A DNA stretch of 61,213 nt, counting the filler. It is 4 parts of 4 records of this genome, joined end to end, with 100 filler letters (N's around TTAATTAATTAA, not from the genome) between each part and the next. Parts side by side here need not be neighbours in the genome. Positions count along the whole stretch, not along the records: positions 43,849 to 61,213 come from SRR20825006_2918; 3 more parts are not named here. One strand, given 5' to 3'. Every line of letters begins with the position of its first letter. Position 1 is the stretch's first letter. Made by a program: the position numbers and the translations under genes. Positions 53,061 through 61,213 of the stretch are shown here, piece by piece. The notes below the pieces were generated by a model that was not told where the DNA came from, ran no database searches, and saw nothing but the letters and a program-made list of their open reading frames with translations.

Positions 53061-56000
53061 ATGGTTTTTCGCGGACAACTGGTTTTCAGGAGGAAACTTT
53101 TCCTGTGTTCGTCTGTGCTTTCTCTGTGCCTTGCCGGCAATGTGCTGGCTTCAGATTTTGACTGGACCGGCGCGGTTTCCAATGATTGGTATGTATCCGG
53201 AAACTGGAACAATGGCGGCGTCCCGGCAACGGTCACGCCCGGCTTTGGTGATAATGTTACTATTGATACGACTGTCAACGCTCCGGATATTCCTGCAGGC
53301 AGCGGAACCCAGCAGCTCGGCACACTTATCGTTGGAAGCAGTGCGACAGGTGCATTGTCATCAAGCGGCGCATTGACCGTCGATCGCGCTACTCTGGGAG
53401 ACGGCAGCACCGGAAGTGGAACGCTGACGCTTTCAGGCGGCGCAGGGTATTTCAACGCGAATGATTCCCTTTTGATCGGGGGGGATGGGACCGGAGCGCT
53501 TGATATCTCTGGCGGTGCCAGCGCGATATCGACGAATTTGATTTCAATCGGCGAATCTGCGGGCAGTTCAGGGACAGTGACCGTAGCGGGTGCCGGGTCA
53601 CTTTTGAGAACCTCATCGGGTGGAAGCAATGGCCTGCGCGTCGGAAATGCCGGCACGGGCAGTATTGCCGTCTCCGATGGCGGAAGGCTTGAGTCGAATC
53701 TTGCCATTCTCGGCTCAGCGACCGGCAGCCAAGGCACAGTGTCCATCACCGGAAGCAGTTCGACATGGGAGGGCTATGGCGACCTCTATATTGGTCAAAA
53801 CGGCAGTGGCGATGTGATCGCAAGTGATGGTGCAGATATCATCAGCGGCTCGATCAGCATGGGCCAGAATAACAGCTCAACGGGCAACACCGCCAAAATT
53901 ACCGGCAATTCGTCGACCTGGACGGTTTACAACAGTATCGCCATTGGCGGCGACATTAACGGTAACGGCACTGGCGGCTCGGGTACGCTTTCAATTGATG
54001 ACGGCGCCCAAATGACAGCCAGCAATGTCTACATTGGCAATGTTGCGAATGGCAGCGGTGTCATCAATGTCGATAATGCTGCCGGATTGACGATTTCCGC
54101 CGGGCTGCGTGCTGGTGTTTCCGGTACGGGTGAGATTGTCATCAAAAATGGTGCATCAGTTACCGCTGACAATACGGTGATCGGCGTCGATGTGGCAGGT
54201 GTGGGCAAAATTACCGTATCCAATGCCAACAGTCGCTTGACCATGACCAATGGCCTGACCGTCGGTTCGGCTGGTCGCGGGCGCATTGAGGTCGAAGGTG
54301 GTGGCTATCTCGAAACGAAGGACACTGTCATCGGGGAGGCTGATGGCAGTTCCGGAACAATGACGATCTCGGACAGCGCCAGATGGGTGAACCGGGCCAC
54401 AACGACCATTGGCGCCTCAGGCACAGGTACACTTACGATCGAGAACGGCGCGTCAGCCTCCTCGTCTACAACTGTCATCGGTCAGAATGCATCAGGCGAT
54501 GGATCGGTCACGATCAGCGGCGCGGGCTCGGCCTTCAAACTTTCAGGTGATCTGACTGTCGGGCAAAGCGGAACTGCGCGGCTCCTGATTACAAACGGAG
54601 GTGTCGTCGAAAGTACGCGCAGTGTTGTCGCAAATGAGGCCGGCTCGACTGGATCTGTTTTAATTGACGGCGGAATGTGGGCAGTCAACGGTGACCTTAC
54701 GGTCGGTGACAAGGGCGAGGGGACTTTGACGCTTTCCGGCGGCGGCTCCGTGTCGGCTTCTTCTCTTGATTTTGCCAGCGCTGAAGGTTCAGCAGGAACG
54801 CTTAACATCGGAGCAGCCTCCGGGGCGGCTGCAGCGTCTGCCGGGGTACTCGATATCGATTCGGTTTCCTTTGGTGCTGGCGCGGGCAAACTGGTTTTCA
54901 ATCACACCGGGACCGATTATGTTTTCGAACCCGTCATCAACGGTTCCACCGATATCAGTGTTGAAAGTGGTACCACGATCCTTGTCTCCGACAACAATAA
55001 CTCCGGCGCGACACGTATTCTTTCCGATGCAGAACTTCGTCTTGGCAATGGCGGTGAAAATGGCAACCTTAACGGCGATATCGATATCGCAGCGAAGGGT
55101 CGCCTTGCATTTGATCGTGCTGATGATTTCGTTTTCAAGGGAACGATCAGCGGCAATGGCTTGATTGAGCAGGAAGGCGAAGGGGCGCTGCGCCTTACCG
55201 CTGACAGCAGCGGCTTTTCCGGTTCCGCCGACGTGAAAACCGGCAGCCTCATCGTAGATGGAGACCTCAGCGGTGCCAAAGTCTCTGTTTCGTCCGGTGC
55301 TTTGATCGGTGGTGCCGGGACGATAGGTACAACCCATGTATCGACCGGCGGGATATTCCAGGCAGGCGACAAGAGCGGCGCGATCACTGTGGCCGGAGAT
55401 TTATCGTTCGATCGTGCTGCGACATATCGGGCCTTCATCGCAGAAAATTACAAGACGGCGCGCGTAAGTGGCGATGTCAGTTTTGACGACACGCTTATTG
55501 ATCTTGATTTTGGTCAAGGTGGTGCGCTTCAGCAAAGCTACACACTTCTCACTGCCGGATCGATCAAAGGCGATTACGAAACCTCTTTTGATGCTCTTCC
55601 GACGCATTTTCGCGGGACGCTTGACGATAACGGTAACGAACTTTCTCTTTCGGTCGCCTATGTCGGTGGGGATTACCATTTTTCCAAACTGGGCCAGAGT
55701 GTGAATACACAGCTGGTTAACGCATTCAATGATGGCAAGACACTCAAAGGCACACTTTCGGCTGCTATGCTGCTGGAGGGAAGTGCCTATGAGGCCGCCA
55801 TGACAACACTTGGTGGCGAACTCGGTATCAACGCTACGGTCACGGCGACGCTTGGAATGCAGGATTTTCTTCGACGGTCATCGAGCCCGTCACGGCTTCT
55901 TGCGGGCTGGCGTCCGATCGAAAAAGACGGCGATGCCGAAGATGAAGGGACAGCGTCGGCCGCACTTGCCTACTGGTCGGTTGGCAATGATGGCGGTTAT

Positions 56001-56927
56001 GGTTCTGCAATCGGCGCCACTCAGCCGCAATGGGACTGGGCAACGCGCGCGCGCCGCTCCGTTTATGGACCTTTCAACCCTCACAATGCGATGTGGCTGG
56101 AATATAACGGCGCAAGCGGCAGCATTGATGGGGATGCGGCAATCGGCAATTCGAGCGCAGACATTTCAGGCGGTACACTCGAAGGCGGCTATATTGCCGC
56201 TATTGACGATACAACAAGCCTTGGTCTGGTTCTTGGCGGCGGTACAACCTCCTATGATCAGAAGGAACAGAACGGAAAAGCCGACAACAGCAGCTTCCGC
56301 GCCGCTTTCAATGCGGCAGGGCAAACGAAAAATGGCGTTTACGGAACCGCTGTTCTTGGCTTTGGCGTCGATAGCATTGAAACTGAGAGAACCGTCAGCT
56401 TTTCCGGTACGACAGATCAATTGCGTGGTTCCTTTTCTGCAACCACCTTCGGCGGGCGTGTCGAGGCAGGCGGTCGAATAGCAAGTGACAGCGGTGCGTT
56501 GATCCCGTTTGCCGCAGCCAGCGCCGTTTACACCAGCGCGCCGGGATACCAGGAGGATGTCCTGTCAGGTTCCGGTCAATCTGCGCTGGCTTATTCGGAT
56601 AATGATATTTTCCGGGGAACTGTGGAGGCTGGCGTTGGTTTTGATACGGCGGCGGGCAATGAGGCTCGACGCTTTTCGCTGAACGGGCGGGTTTCCTATC
56701 TTTATCGTTACGGCTCCGGCGGAGACGCTTCTGCGAGCTTTGTAGCTCTGCCTGGCTATGGTTTTGGCATAAACGGCAACGCGCCGACGGGCAGCGCGGT
56801 TGCGGCCAATGTCGGAGCGCGCATCCAGCTTTCAACGCAAACCGATTTGTCTTTCAATGCCTACGGTGAATGGGCCGATGGCTATGCAGCTCTGATTGCA
56901 TCAGCAAAACTTCGCTATGTCTGGTGA
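53061..56927 (+). CDS. Type Va autotransporter with Gly/Ser/Thr-rich beta-helical repeat passenger
   Basis: Signal peptide; WTG...DW...NW N-cap; repeated VGxxGxGxLxIxxGG units; GKLVFNHT and GxGxLxL repeats; C-terminal beta-barrel ending LRYVW. Confidence 0.9.
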   Translation: MVFRGQLVFRRKLFLCSSVLSLCLAGNVLASDFDWTGAVSNDWYVSGNWNNGGVPATVTPGFGDNVTIDTTVNAPDIPAGSGTQQLGTLIVGSSATGALSSSGALTVDRATLGDGSTGSGTLTLSGGAGYFNANDSLLIGGDGTGALDISGGASAISTNLISIGESAGSSGTVTVAGAGSLLRTSSGGSNGLRVGNAGTGSIAVSDGGRLESNLAILGSATGSQGTVSITGSSSTWEGYGDLYIGQNGSGDVIASDGADIISGSISMGQNNSSTGNTAKITGNSSTWTVYNSIAIGGDINGNGTGGSGTLSIDDGAQMTASNVYIGNVANGSGVINVDNAAGLTISAGLRAGVSGTGEIVIKNGASVTADNTVIGVDVAGVGKITVSNANSRLTMTNGLTVGSAGRGRIEVEGGGYLETKDTVIGEADGSSGTMTISDSARWVNRATTTIGASGTGTLTIENGASASSSTTVIGQNASGDGSVTISGAGSAFKLSGDLTVGQSGTARLLITNGGVVESTRSVVANEAGSTGSVLIDGGMWAVNGDLTVGDKGEGTLTLSGGGSVSASSLDFASAEGSAGTLNIGAASGAAAASAGVLDIDSVSFGAGAGKLVFNHTGTDYVFEPVINGSTDISVESGTTILVSDNNNSGATRILSDAELRLGNGGENGNLNGDIDIAAKGRLAFDRADDFVFKGTISGNGLIEQEGEGALRLTADSSGFSGSADVKTGSLIVDGDLSGAKVSVSSGALIGGAGTIGTTHVSTGGIFQAGDKSGAITVAGDLSFDRAATYRAFIAENYKTARVSGDVSFDDTLIDLDFGQGGALQQSYTLLTAGSIKGDYETSFDALPTHFRGTLDDNGNELSLSVAYVGGDYHFSKLGQSVNTQLVNAFNDGKTLKGTLSAAMLLEGSAYEAAMTTLGGELGINATVTATLGMQDFLRRSSSPSRLLAGWRPIEKDGDAEDEGTASAALAYWSVGNDGGYGSAIGATQPQWDWATRARRSVYGPFNPHNAMWLEYNGASGSIDGDAAIGNSSADISGGTLEGGYIAAIDDTTSLGLVLGGGTTSYDQKEQNGKADNSSFRAAFNAAGQTKNGVYGTAVLGFGVDSIETERTVSFSGTTDQLRGSFSATTFGGRVEAGGRIASDSGALIPFAAASAVYTSAPGYQEDVLSGSGQSALAYSDNDIFRGTVEAGVGFDTAAGNEARRFSLNGRVSYLYRYGSGGDASASFVALPGYGFGINGNAPTGSAVAANVGARIQLSTQTDLSFNAYGEWADGYAALIASAKLRYVW

Positions 56928-57011
56928 TAAGTAGGCTTGTTTGCAAAGCGTTGGCGGCTTGATCGCGGGCGCGCTTTCGTGCCATCAAGGAAGTCAGAAA
57001 AGGAGGAGCGC

Positions 57012-57902
57012 ATGTCTCTTTCGTCCCGCACCGCACGTCCGTTGGACCACCTCGTTCTGCCCGTTGTTGATCTTGCCACGGCCAGACTTCGGCTGTCGTC
57101 GCTGGGTTTTGCCGTTGCGCCAGATGCCAGGCACCCTTTTGGCACAGGAAATGCGTGCGTGTATTTTTCTGATTCGACTTATCTGGAACCTGTCGCGATC
57201 AGTGATCTGCAGACCTATGAGGCCAAAGTGGCAGCCAGGACCGAGTTTGTCCGGCGTGATCGTGCCTATCGTTTCCGGGTCGGCAATGATGGGTTGTCTG
57301 CGGTCGTCTTCAAGAGCGATGACGCCGCCGTCGATCACGCTGCCTTTGAGGCAGCCGGAATCTCGGAAAACGATCTGTTCGAGTTCTCTCGACCGTTCGA
57401 GCTGGAAGATGGAACAATTGCGACTGCCGGTTTCAAGTTGGCTTTTGCAGCGGATCTGCGCGCACCTGATATTTTCTTCTTTGTTTGTCAGCGCCTGATG
57501 CCGCTTTCGCCTGCCGGTTCGCTTGTTACACATCAAAACGGCGTTACCGGCATTGCCGAAGTGCTTATCGGTGAAGATGAACCGATGGAATTCGAACCGT
57601 TGTTGCAATCGCTTTCAAACAGCCACGATATTGATATCCACCCTCATGGTTTTACAGTTGATGCTGGAACTGCACGTGTTTCCGTTTATACGCATGCTTA
57701 TCTGGAGAAAACTTTCGGGATTGCCGGAGCAGCGCATCAGCGCGGATTGGTCGCCCGCGGCATCGTGTTTGATACACCGGATGCTCCTAACCTGACGGAT
57801 ATTCTCGATCATAACGACATGCCATATCACGCGCTGGAAAGCTGCGTGAGCGTGCCACCTGCACCGGGTCAGGGTGTAACTTTTGTTTTCAGGGAAGAAT
57901 GA
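57012..57902 (+). CDS. VOC/glyoxalase-like family protein
   Basis: [19 protein letters not shown] and [19 protein letters not shown] before ATG 57012; ATGA coupling to kdsA. Confidence 0.85.
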   Translation: MSLSSRTARPLDHLVLPVVDLATARLRLSSLGFAVAPDARHPFGTGNACVYFSDSTYLEPVAISDLQTYEAKVAARTEFVRRDRAYRFRVGNDGLSAVVFKSDDAAVDHAAFEAAGISENDLFEFSRPFELEDGTIATAGFKLAFAADLRAPDIFFFVCQRLMPLSPAGSLVTHQNGVTGIAEVLIGEDEPMEFEPLLQSLSNSHDIDIHPHGFTVDAGTARVSVYTHAYLEKTFGIAGAAHQRGLVARGIVFDTPDAPNLTDILDHNDMPYHALESCVSVPPAPGQGVTFVFREE

Positions 57903-58744
57903 AAATGACCAATCAAACAGTCGTCGCCGGTGAAGGTTCTGGCAGTGTCAGCTTCGCAAATTCAGCGAAACTGTCACTCATCGCCGGCCCGTGCCAGATG
58001 GAAAGTCGCGACCATGCTTTTATGGTTGCAGGCCGTTTGAAGGAGATTTGTGAAAAGGCCGGGGTTTCCCTTGTCTATAAATCGTCCTTTGACAAGGCAA
58101 ACCGCACGTCGCTCAATGCCAAGCGCGGTATGGGGCTGGACAAGGCCATGGACGTGTTTGCAGACCTGAAAAAGGAGTTCGGTTTTCCGGTTCTGACCGA
58201 CATTCATAATGAGGCTCAATGTGCTGACGTTGCCGATGTTGTCGACGTGCTTCAAATTCCGGCATTTCTTTGCCGCCAGACGGACCTTCTGATCGCCGCC
58301 GCAAGAACCGGACGGATCATCAATGTCAAGAAAGGTCAGTTTCTTGCACCTTGGGACATGAAAAACGTGCTGGCAAAAATCGTCGACAGCGGCAATCCGA
58401 ATGTTCTTCTTTGCGAGCGCGGAGCATCATTTGGCTACAATACCCTCGTCTCGGATATGCGGTCCCTGCCAATCATGGCCGAAACCGGTGCGCCGGTTAT
58501 TTTCGATGCCACGCATTCCGTTCAGCAACCAGGCGGGCAGGGTGGCTCAACCGGTGGTCAGCGCGAGTTCGTGGAGACGCTGGCACGTGCGGCGGTGGCC
58601 GTCGGGGTTGCCGGGGTTTTCATTGAAACCCACGAGGACCCAGACAACGCGCCATCTGACGGACCCAATATGGTGCCTCTGGCAGATATGCCGCGGCTTC
58701 TGGAAAAGCTGATGGCTTTTGACGCCGTCGCAAAGGCCGGGTAA
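57899..58744 (+). CDS. kdsA: KDO8P synthase
   Basis: [39 protein letters not shown] and SDG. Confidence 0.98.
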   Translation: MKMTNQTVVAGEGSGSVSFANSAKLSLIAGPCQMESRDHAFMVAGRLKEICEKAGVSLVYKSSFDKANRTSLNAKRGMGLDKAMDVFADLKKEFGFPVLTDIHNEAQCADVADVVDVLQIPAFLCRQTDLLIAAARTGRIINVKKGQFLAPWDMKNVLAKIVDSGNPNVLLCERGASFGYNTLVSDMRSLPIMAETGAPVIFDATHSVQQPGGQGGSTGGQREFVETLARAAVAVGVAGVFIETHEDPDNAPSDGPNMVPLADMPRLLEKLMAFDAVAKAG

Positions 58745-58949
58745 GGTCACTTGCCGCGATTACATGGCGGTTTCGGGGGATTTTCGTCCGCGGCCGACAA
58801 AAATCTTTCATTCGTCATAGTACTGATGGAAGATGTGCATTATGCGTTTTGTCGCAGTGCTTTAGTGATACCCAAGGCGCTATTGCACTATAACAGTTTC
58901 ACCGCTTTGAGGCGGTTCTTTTGGTTTTAAAGAAAAAGTCGACAGGTAA

Positions 58950-60230
<1,281 letters not shown>

Positions 60231-60277
60231 TAAGATTGGTTTCTCAATCGTTTGAGCTGATCTTTTGATCTGCTTTC

Positions 60278-60308
60278 AAGCCCGCGACAAAATCGTCGCG
60301 GGCTTTTT
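60278..60308 (+). terminator. Intrinsic terminator after eno
   Basis: AAGCCCGCGAC-AAAATC-GTCGCGGGC-T5. Confidence 0.88.
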
Positions 60309-60382
60309 CAGTTTAGCCTTGGTTAAGATTATCCGGTTATGTTGAGCGCTGTTGGTATTGCGTCACTCAATCGGATCGCTTC

Positions 60383-60700
60383 ATGTGGACCCGTCATCAC
60401 AAATCGCGGTTTTACGGACGACTCATCGTTCCCGCCGTTGCCGCTTGTTTCATGAGCTACTTTATCTATCACTCGATTCACGGTGATTATGGTCTCATCG
60501 CCGCGAAAAAATTCGAGCAGCACAGGCAGATCAATGAGCGCAAGCTGGAGCGGCTTGTAAGTGAGCGCAAAGTGATCGAAAAGCAGGTCGAGCGCCTCAG
60601 TGACGGCTCACTGATGAAAGACGCCGTCGATGAGCAGGCGCGCTATGCACTCAATCTTCTGCGACCCGATGAAATCGTGATTTTTGATAGAAATCTTTAA
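60383..60700 (+). CDS. ftsB: Septum formation initiator (FtsB/DivIC family)
   Basis: One TM helix, GDYGL, coiled coil and DEQARYALNLLRPDE; located between eno and pdhA. Confidence 0.85.
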   Translation: MWTRHHKSRFYGRLIVPAVAACFMSYFIYHSIHGDYGLIAAKKFEQHRQINERKLERLVSERKVIEKQVERLSDGSLMKDAVDEQARYALNLLRPDEIVIFDRNL

Positions 60701-60850
60701 TTAACTGAAATTAAGATAATTTGCAATTTTTAATTTATTTTCAGTTACTTAACTTGTATTTTTGTGATGTAAATCTAGCATTGCCGTGCCGCACAAAACT
60801 CCCTATTGTGTCCGTCATATCAACGTCTTTCCTTCCACAGGAGATACTTA

Positions 60851-61213
60851 ATGGCGTCGCAAGCGTCCGCTTCACGGAAATCACCCAAAAAAGAAGATAA
60901 CAACCGGATCGTCGAATTTGATCGCGATCAGGAAATGCATGCGCTCCGCGAAATGCTTATGATTCGCCGATTCGAAGAGAAGGCGGGCCAGCTTTATGGC
61001 ATGGGCTTCATCGGCGGATTCTGCCACCTTTACATCGGTCAGGAGGCTGTCGTCGTCGGCATGCAGATGGCGCTGAAGGACGGTGATCAGATCATCACCA
61101 GCTATCGCGACCACGGCCATATGCTTGCCACGGGCATGGATTCCAAAGGGGTGATGGCAGAACTCACCGGCCGCCAGTCTGGTTATTCCAAGGGCAAGGG
61201 CGGCTCGATGCAC
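60851..61213 (+). CDS. pdhA: Pyruvate dehydrogenase E1 alpha subunit (3'-truncated; absent from the supplied ORF track)
   Basis: My translation from ATG 60851: ...MLMIRRFEEKAGQLYGMGFIGGFCHLYIGQEAV...YRDHGH...KGKGGSMH; GGAG RBS upstream. Confidence 0.97.
   Translation, partial: MASQASASRKSPKKEDNNRIVEFDRDQEMHALREMLMIRRFEEKAGQLYGMGFIGGFCHLYIGQEAVVVGMQMALKDGDQIITSYRDHGHMLATGMDSKGVMAELTGRQSGYSKGKGGSMH

Noticed and set aside
60881-61213. 110-aa minus-strand ORF at the window end
   Set aside because: Antisense shadow of pdhA, which is clearly encoded on +.

Overview
The window is not one locus. It is four unrelated contigs joined by identical 100-nt artificial linkers (N44-TTAATTAATTAA-N44 at 14112-14211, 28248-28347 and 43749-43848). 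Taxon calls are inferred from base composition, protein similarity and promoter style. Segment 1 (1-14111) is an AT-rich Flavobacteriaceae-type contig: M1 and S8 peptidases, MBL hydrolase, CPA1 antiporter, lepA, TonB-type beta-barrel, NlpC/P60 peptidase and dusB. Segment 2 (14212-28247) is a second Flavobacteriaceae-type contig: divergent RpoD-like sigma, PBP1A, SLC13 transporter, Crp/Fnr plus SDR, OmpA/MotB, FKBP PPIase and parA-parB-DUF5683-dapB-lepB. Segment 3 (28348-43748) is a GC-rich planctomycete (Rhodopirellula-like) contig: putA, rsmH, an FHA-GAF histidine kinase, a small protein plus retropepsin pair, DHH nuclease, ribF and nnrD. Segment 4 (43849-61213) is a rhizobial alphaproteobacterial contig: clpA, purQSC, zeta subunit, moeA-moaC-trpC-trpD-ppiD, an autotransporter and kdsA-eno-ftsB-pdhA. 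Most of it is housekeeping. No rRNA, tRNA, CRISPR array or transposase was recognised. Three candidates stand out: (1) a self-contained, toxin-antitoxin-like two-gene operon pairing an uncharacterised small protein with a clan AA aspartic protease (38496-39209); (2) an intact PurC whose substitutions concentrate on catalytic residues, a possible pseudoenzyme (45806-46570); (3) an unannotated structured RNA or small-ORF transcription unit with an ECF-type promoter and its own terminator, divergent from PBP1A (17269-17499). No searches were run; family names and reference residue numbers are from recall.
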